Source of the DNA: Hemiscyllium ocellatum
Lineage: Eukaryota
Direction of reading: 5' to 3'
NCBI RefSeq assembly: GCF_020745735.1
Contig: NC_083409.1
Coordinates: 13,577,259-13,641,258, forward strand
Length of the DNA: 64,000 bases
Part shown: positions 1-13,725 of the stretch, one piece after another
Layout of the letters: each line of letters starts with the position of its first letter
Position numbering within the stretch: the stretch's first letter is position 1
Notes under the pieces: model-generated
Told to the model about the DNA's origin: nothing
What the model saw: the letters and a program-made list of their open reading frames with translations, nothing else
Databases searched by the model: none
Translations under genes and position numbers: made by a program

Positions 1-1994
1 AGTTAAGAACCATATAAAGTTAAAAGAGAAAAAGTATAACAGAGCAAAGATAAGTGGGAAAACAGAGGACTGGGAAGCTTTTAAAGAACAACAGAGGATT
101 ACTAAGAAGGAAATACGCAGAGGCAAAATGAGGTACGAAGGTAAACTGGCCAATAATATAAAGGAAGATAGTAAAAGCTTTTTCAAGTATGTGCAAGGCA
201 AAAAAATGGTTATGACTAAAATTGGGCCCTTGAAGACAGAAACAGTGGAATATATTACAGGGAACAAAGAAATGGCAGAAGAATTAAATGGGTACTTCAG
301 ATCTGTGTTCACTGGGGAAGACACAAGCAATCTCCCTGAGGTAACAGTGACTGAAGGACCTGAACTTAAGGGAATCTGTATTTGCCAGGATTTGGTGTTG
401 GAGAGACTGTTAGGTCTGAAGGTTGATAAGTCCCCGGGGCCTGATGGTCTACATCCCAGGGTACTGAAGGAGGTGGCTCGGGAAATCGTGGATACGTTGG
501 TGATGATTTTCCAGAATTCGATAGATTCGGGATCGGTACCTGAGGATTGGAGAGTGGCTAAAGTTATACCACTTTTTAAGAAAGATGGGAGAGAGAAAGC
601 AGGAAATTATAGACCAGTTAGTCTGACCTCAGTGGTGGGAAAGATGCTGGAGTCTATTATAAAGGATGAGATTACAGCACATCTGGATGGTAGTATCAGG
701 ATAAGACAGAGTCAGCATGGATTTATAAAGAGGAAATCGTGCTTGACTAATCTTCTGGAGTTTTTTGAGGATGTAACTCTGAGGATGGATGAGGGAGATC
801 CAGTAGATGTAGTGTACCTGGACTTTCAGAAAGCTTTTGATAAAGTTCCACATAGGAGGTTAGTGAGTAAACTTAGGGCGCATGGTATTGGGGACAAAGT
901 ACTAGATTGGATTTAAAATTGGTTGGCTGATAGGAAACATTGGGTAGTGATAAACGGCTCCATTTCAGAATGGCAGGCAGTGACCAGTGGGGACCGCAAG
1001 GATCCGTGCTGGGACCACAGCTTTTTACAATATATGTTAATTATATAGAAGATGGTATCAGCAATAACATTAGCAAATTTGCTGATGATACAAAGCTGGG
1101 TGGCAGGGTGAAATGTGATGAGGATGTTAGGAGATTACAGGGTGACCTGGACAAGTTAGATGAGTGGGCAGATGCATGGCAGATGCAGTTTAATGTGGAT
1201 AAATGTATGGTTATCCACTTTGGTGGCAAGAACAGGAAGGCAGATTACTACCTCAATGGAATTAATTTAGGTAAAGGGGCAGTACAGAGAGATCTGGGTG
1301 TTCTTGTACACCAGTCAATAAAGGCAAGCATGCAGTTACAGCAGGTAGTGAAGAAGGCTAATAGCATGCTGGCCTTCATAACAAGAGGGATTGAGTATAG
1401 GAGCAAAGAGGTGCTTCTGCAGCTGTACAGGGCCCTGGTGAGACCACACCGGGAGTACGGTGTGTAGTTCTGGTCGCCAAATTTGAGGAAGGACATTTTG
1501 GCTATTGAGGGGGTGCAGCGTAGGTTCACGAGGTCAATTCTGGAATGGCGGGATTACCTTACACTGAAAGACTGAAGCGACTGGGCTTGTATACCCTTGA
1601 GTTTAGAAGACTGAGAGGGGATCTGATTGAGACATATACGACTATAAAAGGATTGGACACTCTGGCAGCAGGAAACATGTTTCCGCTGATGGGTGAGTGC
1701 CAAACCAGAGGACACAGCTTAAAAATTTAGGACAGAGATGAGGAGAAACTTCTTCACCCAGAGAGTGATGGCTGTATGAAATGCTCTGCCCCAGAGGACA
1801 GTGGAGGCCCAGTCTCTGGATTCATTTAAGAAAGAGTTGGATAGAGCTCTCAAAGATAGTGGAATCAAGGGTTATGGAGATAAGGCAGGGAGTGGATACT
1901 GATTAGGAATGATCAGCCATGATCATATTGAATGGCGGTGCAGGCTCGAAGGGCCCAATGGCCTACTCCTGCACCTATTGTCTATTGTCTATTG
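1..1994 (+). mobile_element. CR1-clade LINE, 3' part of ORF2 (reverse transcriptase) and 3' tail, disrupted
   Basis: ORFs 128-916 and 940-1467 carry YRPVSLTS, YLDFQKAFDKVPH, QGSVLGP and FADDTK motifs; premature stop at 914-916 and frameshifts; ends in short (CTATTGT)n tail near 1973-1994. Confidence 0.93.
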
Positions 1995-2539
1995 TTGTTA
2001 GTCTCAATGTTGCCACAGATTAAGTTCTCCCAGAGATTCATAATTCATTCCAGATTTTAAACAAGGGAGGGATGTTGTGCGGAGACAGATGGGAAGGCAT
2101 GGAGAGGAAACAAAAAGGAGAGAGAATTGCATTGCTGTTACACCGTTCATGAGCTCAGGATGTTCAAAGATGTTTTACAGCTAATGGAATACTTCCAAAG
2201 TCTAGTCATTGTTGTAATGTTGGGGGGTAGGGGGGAATGACAGGATCCCCAAACAGAAGGAATGCCAAAAATGCTATCACTATGAGAGTGGAAAGGTCGG
2301 GTGGGGATAGTGACAGTGATGCCCTCCACAGAGAGAGGGGAAGGTACACTGACACATTTAAAACTGTATCAACACAAGTGAGAAATCAAAAACCACCCAC
2401 TCCATCATGAGTCTTCCCATATTGTTGGTTTGATCAGTGACGTAGCAAGGAAGCAGCAGCTGCCCCATGAACTCCAACAAAAGAATGAGAACAGGCTCTT
2501 CATACGGAGCTGGCTCCCGAGAATCCAATTCAACAGCAG

Positions 2540-3700
2540 GGACCAAAGAACAAGGAACAATACAGCACAGGAACAGGCCCTTTGGCCCTCCCAGCCTGTG
2601 CTGACACATTTTGCCCTTCCTGACTGAAACTGTATTCACCTACAGGATTCATATCCCTCTATTCCCTTCCTATCCATGTATTCATCCAGATGTTTCTTGA
2701 ATGCTGCCATTGTGTCTGCTTCCACCACGTCCACTGGCTGTGTGTTCCAGCCCCTCACCACCGCTTCTGTGAAATACTTACCTCACACATCTGTTTTAAA
2801 TCCCCACCGCAACCCCCCCCCCCCCCCCCCCCACACCTTGAACCTGTGTCCCCTAGTAACTGACCCCTCTACCCTGGGAAAAACCCTCATATTTCCCACT
2901 CTCTCCATGCTATTCACAATTTCATCCATTTCTATTAGGTTGCCCTTCAACCTCCTGATTCCAATGAAAACAAATCCAGTCTATCCAACCTTCCTTCATC
3001 ACCAAAACCCTCCATATCAGACAGCATTCTTGGTATTTTTTTCTTCTGTACCCTCTCCAAAGCATCGACATCCTTCTGGTCATGGTGACCAGAACCATAT
3101 GCAATATTCCCAGTGTGGCCAAACTAAAGTTCAGTAAAGCTGCAGTGTAACTTGTCTATCCTAATCCTCAGTGCTCCTCCCAATGTAGCCAAAGCTGCCA
3201 TTGGCCTTTTTTACTACCTTAGGTGCTGCCACCATCAGTGATCTGTGAACATGTACATCCAGATCCCTCTGCATTTCAATACTCCAATGGATTCTGCCAT
3301 TCACTGTGCAGGTATTCTGCCACCTGTATTTCATCTTACAAAATGCATCATTTCACATATATCATGTGCCATTTAAATGTCATGTGCCGTTTTCTATCCA
3401 TGCATCCAAATGATCTGTGTCCTGCTGTAGCCTCTGATAATCTGATCATTAACTGCAACTCCAGCAATCTTTGTGGCATCCACAAACTCATCAATGAGAC
3501 TAGCCATGTTTTCGTCCAAATCACTGGAGACCATGAACAGCAAAGGTCCCATCATTGATCCCTGCAAAACCCCACAAGACACAGCCTCCATTTTGAAATC
3601 CATCCTTCCATCACTACCCTCTGTCTCCTCTGACTCAACCAGTTCTGTGCCCAGTGCTGGGAACATTTTAGACAAGACACCTTGTTGCCAGCTCGTTACT
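2540..3700 (-). mobile_element. Degenerate CR1 LINE 3' fragments
   Basis: Minus-strand remnants GVLQGSMMGPLLF / FVDATKI and the CR1 3' UTR (ACAGCACAGGAACAGGCCCTTTGGCCC reading on plus). Confidence 0.7.
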
Positions 3701-4130
3701 GCAACTTGATCCAGTTCAGTCAGAAAGAGACAAAGGACAATGTGCAGATTGTTGAACAGGCCCCTACACCTGGGCCTGAGGGAGGGGCCCAAGCTCCAAC
3801 ACACTACACACGAAATTTCAGACAGAGTGGGGTCATGAAATCTGTCCATATGTTCCTTTGGGACCGGAAAGGAATGAGGAAATAGAGGCAATTGTAGAAG
3901 AGTCAATAAGGATTAAAGCAAGATTGAAGGAGAGTTTTGGAAAGGTTTTAGTGGAGAAAATATACTTTTTGCCACCCAATGCTGACGTAGTCTCCGTGTG
4001 TCACATCATGAATAAAACAGCACACTACGAGGACAATCAAAAGTTACACAAAATTACTTCTTTTTGATATATCATAGCACGCAGACCATTTTCATTGTGG
4101 TGCAATTAGGTATCCTGGTTCAAAAGATGT

Positions 4131-4161
<31 letters not shown>

Positions 4162-4224
4162 TTCCTCGTTTGTACAGATCGAGCTGGTTAGATCCTCACA
4201 CAGCCCCAGTTTATTTGGACTGTT

Positions 4225-4350
4225 CAGTAATGTGGGGATGCCGATGTTGGACTGGGGTACACCTGATGAAGTAGCAGCGCTTCGGAAGCTTGTGATTTCA
4301 AATGAATCGGTTGGGCTAGAACCTGGTGTAGTGTGTCCTCTGACTTTGAA
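4225..4350 (+). mobile_element. Penelope-like pseudo-LTR fragment with degenerate hammerhead core
   Basis: CAC-CTGATGA-A-GTAGCAGCGCTTC-GGAAGCT-TGTG at 4260-4294; related to copies at 15170-15385, 54829 and 62400-62590. Confidence 0.55.
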
Positions 4351-7300
4351 ACAGCTGCTTTCTAGTTACTATGGAGGACTTCCACAGCTACTGAAGACTA
4401 TGGGTAATGACTCCTTCCATTAGCTGCAAACACACCAGTAGTCATTCCAGTGGATTCTAGTGGGAATGACCAATCAGTTGCTTTGACCTAGTTCCCCAGT
4501 TAATCAGGCCATGGCTGACCTGGAATACATTCTCCCTTTGTCCTGTAAACCGTACTGCCCTGAGTAAATGGCTACTGAAACCCAACCTCAACAGCTTTTT
4601 ATTTTGGATTGAGGGTTCCAGATTTCCATCACTCTATCCGAAGGAAATTTTCCTGAAATTGCCTGAATTACAATTTTGACATGCCTCTTGTACTGGACTC
4701 TGGGACTGGAGAAAGCAATTTACATCAACATTGTTCATCATCTCTGGGGAAAAGTAACGCTGATGTAGCCTGTTCTCTCTCATTAACAGTTTCTGATCTG
4801 AAGGTGACATCACAGGCTGGATACTGAGAGGGTGGATCCTGTTATCGGGCAGACGAAAACTGGAGGGCCAGTTTAGCACAAAGTAGTCTCCCATTGAAAA
4901 GGAAGGAGGGGTTTTCTTGCTGAGGGTTGATAGCCTGTGGAATTCTGTTCTGTACATGGGAATGGAGGTTCACTCATGGAGTTGGCACAAGGTTAAAGTA
5001 GACAGATTTTTTGATGAACAAGGCAATTAAGGATAATGGGAGGGGGTGGGGAAGCAGAAAGTACAGGTGAGACAACACCCAGATAAGTAGTGATCTTCTT
5101 TATTGACAGAGCAGCTCCCAAAAGGCCTGCTCCTGCTCCTGGGCCCTATGTTCTGGCAGTGGCTGCAGCAATCCTGGACCCCCAGCTTTCCTTTGTCACT
5201 CACTGACAAAAATGACAAAAGTTAAAATTATTTTCTTTAACAAGACCAACTCAACTCTTGTTGCAGTCATTTTCTTTGCTGGATTTTAATTTCAGCAGGG
5301 TTTTAGAAACACATCATTTGCCTTATGTTGCAGTGGAGACAGACACAGGGCAGTGAGGCCTCAGAGAGCACCGAGAGCTTTCACTCTGCACAACAAGGCT
5401 GTCAGCACAAGCATCTGGTGACAGGATTGTAGGGGGTTGAAAAGGAGAGAGTCACGGAGAAAAGAGACCTTATAGTTCAAAATAAAACCTCTTCATATAT
5501 TCCCACACTCTAATGAATTAATGTTAGAGGATTAGAAACCCAGAACGGTGAGAGTGTGCTGGCTCAGAGGCTAAAAGGCAGAGAGCAAGGAGCTGCATTA
5601 TTCCTTCTCATTATTATTTCTGCTTCATCATTGGTGAGCTTCATAATTATTGCCCACCCCCAGTTGCTTGGACGAAGTTCTTTGCTGAGCCAGATCATGG
5701 GGTCATTAAAAATGGATCATGTCACAGTGGGGCAGGAGTCACAAACCGGGCTCCCTCACCGAAAGAACATTTGTGAACATCACATTGAATTTCATGTCTA
5801 TTTTGTACAGATTCCAGCGCCTTCCTTTCCAGATATTACATGGCTCACCACCGCCCTCTCCAGGACAATTAGGGAAAGGCAACCAATAACCAACACGTCA
5901 ACGCCTGCCCCATCCCGGGAGAAATCAGGAGAAATGATGTAAAATTAAAATAATCAAACTGGTGAGGCTTGAATTAATCTCTTTGAAAGACTGGACTCTC
6001 AGCCAGAAACAGAGCCATGACATGGGTGACCCTGGTTTGTCAGACTGAAAGGTGAAGTGTCCTTTGGATTGACACTGGGATCAGCAAAAAATGAATTACT
6101 CTCAAAGATCGAGCAAACAGCTATCAAAGTGGGTCACCAAACTGCAGAGTACAGCACCTGCAGCACCGCGTCCCCATCTCTATCCTTGCTGTTGCCCTTC
6201 CCTAACTGTCCTGGAGAGGGCGGTGGTGAGCCATGGGTTTCTTGAAGAGGGTCTGACAGAGGGACAAGGTCATGTCCTCGGCCTGAGCACAACTGTCTGA
6301 CCTTCTGTGCTTTTCCAGCGCCACACTTTTTGACTCCGAGTAAACTATCCTTCAGGAGAATGAGCTGTGGCACAAGAGGAAACGTGGGAGTATTGGAAAG
6401 GCACCGGCAGCCTGGTCAGCCTGCAGAGGGGCAGAAACAGATTTGATGAATGAGATGATATCCTTCTAAGCTGAAATACAGACTTAGGCTTTCAGAGCTA
6501 CACAGTTTACATTGTTACTGACGGTGACTCCATGGGCAATGTTCCTGCTTCAGAGTCAAATGGTCACCTCAGAAATGAGAACACAGAATCCAGGTTGAGA
6601 CTGCAGTGAACTCTGGCACAATGTTATGTATGAGATGCTCATTTAAAGCCCCACCAGCACCACCCAGACCCCAATCCCTCCACCTCAGGGGGCTCGACAA
6701 GTCCCATTCTGAAGAGATTCCCTCAGGTATCCTGCTCAATATTCAACTAATGCCACCAAAAAGATTTGTCTCATCATTCGTTTGCTGATTTTGGGACGTC
6801 AGCATTTTGTCTTGTGAAGGTGATTGCACTGTGCAGGCAGCTTTAAATATCCTGGGATGATTACAAAAAAACACTGCACCAACAAGTGTTCTTTCTTCCT
6901 GTCACATAACAGGGGAGCTAATCAGTAACTGAAAATCCACACTGAAGGCAAACACTGAAGCTTCAGCTGAAAGGCTTTTTGCACCATGTTAACCTGCGCC
7001 CTGGGCATTTCCTTCCAGTGTCCGAGATGGTTACCAGGCTGGGATGGAGGCTTACAGGAGGCTGGAAGAGCACAGCAAGCCAGGCAGAATCTGGAGGTGG
7101 AGCAGTCAACATTTCGGGTATAACCCTTCTTCAGAACTGCAGGTGGGGGTAGGGGAGCTGCAAATCAAGGTGGGATCAGTTGTTTGGGCGGGTGGGGGTA
7201 ATGGTGGAGTGGTAGGCATTAATGGATGAACACAGGTAGAGGGTTTGAAGTGGTTGGTTGATGGGAGGAATGAATTCATTTGGTGGCTAAAAGGGAGGGT

Positions 7301-8339
7301 CTGTAAGTGGAATAGATGGAGGAGGGGGACTGGAAAGGGAGTCAAAAGTTGGGAAAGGGAGGCTTTTTGAAACTAGAGAATTCAATGTTGATTCCTCTGG
7401 GTTGTAAGCTTCCCAGGCAAAAGATGATTATTTGTTCCTCCAATTTGCAGTCTGATTGCTTGTTGCAATGGAGGAAGCAGAGGATGGTCATGTCTGAGAG
7501 GGAATAGGAAGGGGAATTGAAATAGGCAGTGACTGGGAGGCCAGGTCAGCCTTTGTGAGCATGGCTGAGATGCTCAGCAAAACATGCCCTTAGTTTATGT
7601 TTGGTCTCACTGATGCAGAGAAGACCACAACGGGTGCACCGGATACAATAAACTAGGTTGGAGGAGAGGCAGGTGAACCTCTGTCTGACCTGGAAGGACT
7701 GGGGCCCTGGATGGAAATGACAGGGGTGGTGTGTCGGCAGGTTTTGCATCTTTTACGGTTGCAGGGGAAGGTACCAGGGTTTTGTTGGGGGAGGTGGGGG
7801 TAGGTGTGAAGTGTGGTGAAAACCAAGGATTGGCAAAGGGAACAGTCCTTGTGGAAGGCAGAGAGGGGTGGGGAGGGTAAGATGTTCATGGTGGTGGGGT
7901 CTAGCTGGAGTTGGCAGAATTGTTTGAGGATGATACGTTGGATGCGGAGATTGGTGGGGTGTAAGTTGAAGACAAGGGGAACCCTGTCTTTATTGAATTT
8001 TGGAGGGGGGTGTTTAGATTTGGAGAGCAGAGAATGGAGGAGGTGCGGTGGAGGGCTTTCTGGATGGCAGAGCTGGGAAAAGTACATGATTAAAAATAGG
8101 TGGACATCTGGACACTTAGGAGGGGAGCGTCTCCTCGTTCGAGCAGATGTGACGGAGATGGAAGAATTGGGAAAACGGGGTGGTGTTCTTGCAGGATACT
8201 GGTTGGGAGGAGGTGTTGTCCAGATACTTGTGTGAGTCTGTGGGTTAACAGTAAATGTCTGTTCCTAGACTGTCACCGGAGATGGAAATGGGGCGGTCAA
8301 GAAAGGAGAAAGATTTGTCCAAGATAGACTACGTGAATT

Positions 8340-8885
8340 TAAGAGTAAAAAGTGAGGTCTGCAGATGCTGGAGATCAGGGCTGAAAATGTGTTGCTGGTT
8401 AAAGCGCAGCAGGTCAGGCAGCATCCAAGGAACAGGAAATTCAACGTTTCGGGCACAAGCCCTTCATCAGGAATGAGGAAAGTGTGTCCAGCAGGCTAAG
8501 ATAAAAGGTAGGGAGGAGGGACTTGGGGGAGGGGGCGATGGAGATGCGATAGGTGGAAGGAGGTCAAGGTGAGGGTGATAGGCCGGAGTGGGGGTGGGGG
8601 CGGAGAGGTCAGGGAGAAGATTGCAGGTTAGGAAGGTGGTGCTGAGTTCGAGGGAATCGACTGAGACAAGGTGGGGGGAGGGGAAATGAGGAAACTGGAG
8701 AAATATGAGTTCATCCCTTGTGGTTGGAGGGTTCCCAGGCGGAAGATGAGACGCTCTTCCTCCAACCGTCATGTTGTTATGTTCTGCCGATGGAGGAGTC
8801 CAAGGACCTGCATGTCCTTGGTGGAGTGGGAGGGAGAGTTAAAGTGTTGAGTCACGGGGTGGTTGGGTTGGTTGGGCCGGGTGTG
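8340..8885 (-). mobile_element. Younger Penelope-like 3'/pseudo-LTR fragment nested in the older PLE
   Basis: Close similarity to 26881-27420 (CTGCAGATGCTGGAGATCAG...GTGGTTGGGTTGGTTGG); interrupts the older PLE reading frames. Confidence 0.75.
8439..8474 (-). ncRNA. Minimal type I hammerhead ribozyme motif in PLE pseudo-LTR
   Basis: Sense sequence attc-CTGATGA-a-gggc(ttgt)gccc-GAAAC-GTT-gaat: helix I attc/gaat, helix II gggc/gccc, conserved core; cleavage triplet is GUU. Confidence 0.65.
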
Positions 8886-10039
8886 AATTTGAGGGCAGGT
8901 TAGAAGTTGTTAGCAAAGTAGATGAACAGCTCCAGTTCAGCCTGGGTGGTGGATGCAGCACTGATGCAGTCACTGATGTAATGGCGGAAGATTTGGGGAG
9001 CGGTGCCTGTGCATGTACTGGTGAGGTGTTGTTTGATGTAGCCAACAACAAGCAGACATAGCTGGGACCCATGGCCACCCACTGGATTTGGAGGAAATGG
9101 GAAGAGTTGAAGGAAGCTGACAGATCACATGGAAATGTTTGGAAAAGGTTCACAAGGGCACAGTCCAGGCTTCCTGCAAATATCAGCCTTCCTTCCATTG
9201 TAGTGCTTCTTCATAGGAGCTTCTCTATGGTGGTTTCAAGTACACATTCTCCGTGGAAATATCACAGACTTTACTGAAATGGAATGAACTGAAAGAAGAG
9301 AAGGAAATGGGAAGAATTAACCAGACAAGGGTGAGCATCAAGAGAGATGGGAGTGTGTGGAAGACTCTGTGTCATTAAAAAGTCCCAAAGGAGTTTCACA
9401 AGAAAATCTCAAATCTTTACAAGGATTTAACAGGGAGATAACTTACTGACATCAAACAGGTTGGGTGTTAGGGACCCTGTGCCTCTGGTGCCTAACTCTA
9501 TACGAGACATTACAGTCAAGGATGGTTGATGTGTAAATAAAGGGTGACTTGATGATGTGGAGTTATTTCATGATCAATGACCGCGGGCATAGATTTAAGG
9601 GAAATGGCAGAAGATTAAGAGGGAATGTGAGGAAACACACTTTCATGCAGAAGGTGGTGGTAATTTGTAACTTGCTTTCTGTAAGGGTAGTTGAGGCAGA
9701 AGCTCTCCCATAACATTGACGTACTTTGATGTGCAGCTGTGATGCCAAGACATACAGGGCTACGGGCCAACTGCTGGAACATGGAATTAGAATAGTGAGG
9801 TGGTTGTTCGGCTGGCTTTGGCTCATTGGGCCGAAGGGCCTTGTTCTTGTAGACCTGTTGTAGACATCTGACTCTGCCAGGACTCCAGCAATGTGGCTGA
9901 CCCTGCCATTTGAAAGGCCGAGCAAGCCACTCAGTTTCAGGGCAGGTAGGGATGGAGAACAAATGCTGGTCTTGTCAGTGACACCCACATCCCAGGAAAG
10001 AATAGACGGCCTCAGTGGTAACACCGTCACCTGAACCTG

Positions 10040-10250
10040 CAGGTTTCAAGCCCCACTCCAGACACTGGAGCACTATCCTGAGGCTGGCAAAGGCAAAGGC
10101 GCCATCTGCTGGATGATCGGTTAAACCACTGCCCTCTCAGGTCGATGTGAATATAAGGGCTTTGTGACCATCTCAGGGAAACTCTCCCCAGTGTGCTGAC
10201 CAATGCTTCTCTTATAACCAATGGCATTAAAACAGATACAAGAGTAAAAT
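10040..10250 (+). mobile_element. DeuSINE-like (SacSINE1-type) SINE relic
   Basis: Resembles, from memory, the shark DeuSINE consensus (CAAGCCCCACTCCAGACACTGGAGCAC ... CTGCCCTCTCAGGT); similar relics near 2120-2340, 6640-6890 and 16180-16590. Confidence 0.45.
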
Positions 10251-13077
10251 ACAGCAAATCTCAAATAAAACAAGATGCTGGAGAAAGGGAACAGGTGCAG
10301 CCGCTTTAGAGAGAGGAGGGAATAATGTTTTGGATTCAGTGATGTTTTATCAAAAAGAAGCCACAGTTTTTGATGATTTTATTTCATTTTAACCTGTTTT
10401 ATGTTATTTTGTTTTATTTAAATCTTGTGTATCAAATTTCAGCCGGCTTGGTTGGCACCACATCGACATATATCCATTGCCTCCACACTGACCCTCAGTA
10501 ACAGCTGTGAGCACTATCTACAAGATACATTGCAGATGTTCAGCAAAGATCCTGAGAGAGCACCTTCCAAACCCATGACCAAGTCCATCAAGAAGGACAT
10601 GGTAGCAGATACACAGGAACACCACTCTTTGCAAGTTCCCCTCATTGAAATATATCGCTGTTCCTACATTGTTATTGGGTCAGACTCATGGAATTCCCTT
10701 CCTCCGCACATTGTGGGTCTACCTACAGCACACAGACTGTAACAGTTCGAGAAAGCAGCTCCGCGCCACTGTGTACATGACAATGAGAGATGGACAGTAA
10801 CAAGGCTGGTGCAAAGTAAGAGCAGGTGTGATTAGGGATCTGAAAGTGAGAATGTGATGGTTCAGTTCCTCCTGGACATCTCAAGGTTTGTATGAACTTT
10901 TGGTCTCCTAATTGCAGAAAGAATATAAATCCATTGGAAGTGTTTCAGAGGAGTTTTACCCGACTGATCCCTGGTATGAGGGGGCTGTGTGGTGAGGAAG
11001 GATTGGAAAGGCTGGCCTTGATCTCACTGGAGTTTCGAAGAGTGGGGGGTTTTCCTGTCCCACTGTATTCTCCAAACCCTTACCTGACCCCCTCTTGGGT
11101 CATACCCTCCTGCCCCTTACTAACATGGAATCGGACTGCCCAGTCCTGAGGCTTACACCTTCCATCTGGAACAAAGTCTCCAGGTATCGCTGCCCCTCCC
11201 TGATGTATCAGGATTCTTACAACTCAGCTTCCAATCCAAACCCCCTGAGTGGGAGTTGCTGTAGATTTATACAGTCACTACAGATGTATTTACCCTGAAT
11301 CATTTCAGTTTAATGAACAAATGCTGATCCTACTTACAAATGAAAGAAATCAATTCTTTCATGAAATTGGTAATTGTCCTCAGTCTCTGGATCAATGTTT
11401 CAGTGCTTTTCATTTCTAGGATTTCCCTATTTGAGGTTTCCTAAGCATACTATTTATATGGTTCCTTACACAAAGCTCTTCCCAGCTGATCTGGTCAACA
11501 GACTCCTGTCCCCTTGTTTATTATTTTGCTATTTTCAAACCAAGTGCATGTGCAGGCTCCCATCAGCTGAAGTGACAGTTCCAAACCAGTTTGGAAAAGC
11601 AAAGGTAGACCTCCTTCCCACAGTTCACCGAACTCCCACATTGACCAAACCTCCCAGCATCCCCCTCTGTGCCAGCTGCACTGAGTGTCAACTGCAGGAT
11701 ATAGGCTGCCCTGTATTTATACTGGTGCTAATTGATATCACTTTGTTCTGTCGTGCTATTAGAGTCATAGAGACAGCACAGAGACAGAACCTTCGGTTCA
11801 ACTTGTCCACGCTGACCAGATATCCCAACGCAATCTAGTTCCACTTGCCAATGCTCAGGATCTGGGTTAAGTTAGATCATTTCTCAGTCTGAAGCTTCCT
11901 TCTTTCAGCCTGAGAAATACGTTACTTTTATAACCAACAAATGTGACTTTAATGCTGGAATCTGTTTTGAAGATTAATGGGCTCAATGGTTTGATTCAAT
12001 GTGGTAAGATAAGAAATATCTGTGTCACTTGCTGTAATCCAGTCTTCTCTAACCAATCCCTTCAGGGGCCAGGATGAGTGTGAGGAGATTGGGTTTTGAT
12101 GGAACTACCCACAGACTCAAGTCAAAAGAAGCAAAGCAAAAAAGACAGGTGGATCGAATACAAGAGAGCACATTATGAGGGAAAACCAAAGGAGAGAGTG
12201 ACAACACTGAATTGCTTCTTGTGTCATCCTCTGCGCCCTTACGTTTCACAGTGTCAGCTCCACATCCTTCCATTGACTTTGTCATTGAGAGCCAACGGTT
12301 CCTTTCCCACAGCCCTTTTTAAAATGCCCTGCCCGGGGAATCACTCAGACAGAGAATATTTCACCTTTTCTGGGAAGGTTGGAGAAATATTGGATGTCGA
12401 TGAGCTGCTTTCTCAGACTTCAGTGTCTGACAGAAGGATGTGTGTAGGCTGTGGATTCTGGAGACAGATCACTGAGATATTCCTCACTCCCATCAACACC
12501 TGACTTTATTCTGACATCAGTTTCTATTCTTCATTATAAAGTACCCCCACCAGTTTCAGACTAGACATTTCACACCCAGCCCCCATTTCCTCACATTGGA
12601 ATCAAGAACCAAACTTGCCCCATCTCAGGATTGCCCTCTGAATGTGGTGTCAGTGTGCTAATGCTGTGTTTGATGAAAGAGCCACAGTGGAATCTGGGAC
12701 TGAATCCAAGGCGTTTCTGATCCACCAGCAGCCTCCTTGCTGTGTGAGATTCTGTTTGGATAAGATTTCAGCCCCATGGTTCCCACTGATACGAGAACCA
12801 TGGAGTGAGATTGCTGGAGCCACATGTGAACTGAGGAACACAACAGTCAGGACAATGAGCTGCTCTGGAATCCACCCTGAGCCCTGGATGATTGTCACTG
12901 AGATGGCCCAGGGGCTACAGAATATGACAGCAGGAGGTGGAACCAGTTTATCATTGACTGTACCCCCCCCAGCCATGACTCCCAGACTCCCCCAGACTGA
13001 ACATTCTCAATCTGACCCCAGGGACACACGGGGCAATTCCATCTCATTTGAAGAGTAAAGAAAACCCAGCTCTAATT

Positions 13078-13575
13078 TATGGAATATTTATTACCCAAAC
13101 CCTGTGGAATTGTTATTCTGAGTTCCAAGATTCTGCTGATCATATTGATCAATAGAGTGTCCCCAGTGACCCTGATCTGAATTGCTTGGCTCAGGATCTT
13201 GCTGTCCCTGATGGATGGGTTGGTGTGGAGGGGGAATTGCCATCAGAATACTTTGTACCAAGGATGGATCAAGTTAGTATAGTGGGTGACAAGGTGGCTC
13301 AGTGGTTAGCACTGCTGCTTCATAGTGCCAGGGATCTGCGTTCGATCCCTGCCTCAGGAGAATATCTATGTGGATTTTGCACATTCTCTCCAAATACAAA
13401 TCAAATGCTGTATGGAATATTTACTTTGCAAACCCTGTGGTATTGTTGTTCTGGGTAGCAAGATCCTGCTGGTCAAATTGATCAATAAAATGCGAACTGA
13501 ACTGCTTGGCTCGGGATCTTGCTGTGCTTAAAGGATGTGTTGGTGTTCAGGGGAATTCCCATCAGATTATTGTGT
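13078..13575. repeat. Diverged direct duplication (~170-bp unit) separated by an HE1 SINE 5' fragment
   Basis: ATGGAATATTTA..CAAACCCTGTGG..TTGATCAATA..GCTTGGCTC.GGATCTTGCTGT..GGGGAATT.CCATCAGA occurs at ~13078-13250 and ~13412-13570; SINE head at ~13285-13390. Confidence 0.8.
13551..13560. promoter_or_regulatory. Palindromic NF-kB consensus site GGGAATTCCC (candidate 3' enhancer motif)
   Basis: Exact 10-mer; a one-mismatch paralogue GGGAATTGCC at 13232-13241 in the other repeat unit. Function untested. Confidence 0.4.
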
Positions 13576-13719
13576 TCCCCATTGCCCCCTCTATTCTCCC
13601 CTTCCTGCTCCATACCTGGGGGTGGGATGGAGCTTTTCACTTCGTACACCTATCCCTGAGGACTCAGCTCTGGCCATTCCCAAAGCACACACAGAGACAG
13701 AGTCTGAATCTTCTTCATC

Positions 13720-13725
13720 TTTATT
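13720..13725 (-). terminator. Probable polyadenylation signal of the C exon transcript
   Basis: First AATAAA I found on the minus strand 3' of the C stop (~530 nt away), followed ~20 nt later by a GU-rich stretch (TCTGTCTCTGTGTGTGCTTT). Confidence 0.6.

Larger units (their letters stand above)
7040..9180 (-). mobile_element. Penelope-like element (PLE) relic with GIY-YIG endonuclease and RT fragments
   Basis: Minus-strand translations NPGTFPCNRKRCKTC and FTCLSSNLVYCIRCTRCGLLCISETKHKLRACFAEHL (GIY-YIG region) and FLQIQWVAMGPSY (RT region); pseudo-LTR-like end at 7040-7140. Confidence 0.85.

Noticed and set aside
128-1467. Intact, active CR1 ORF2
   Set aside because: In-frame stop at 914-916 and later frameshifts; no CR1 copy in the window has an uninterrupted ORF2.
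2812-2832. C21 run (possible G-quadruplex on the minus strand)
   Set aside because: Homopolymer expansion within a CR1 3' fragment; no functional context.
3682-6373. Short ORFs in the non-repeat-looking DNA 3' of cluster 1 as host-gene exons
   Set aside because: No recognisable domain and no consistent splice or phase chain; cannot be supported without transcript data.
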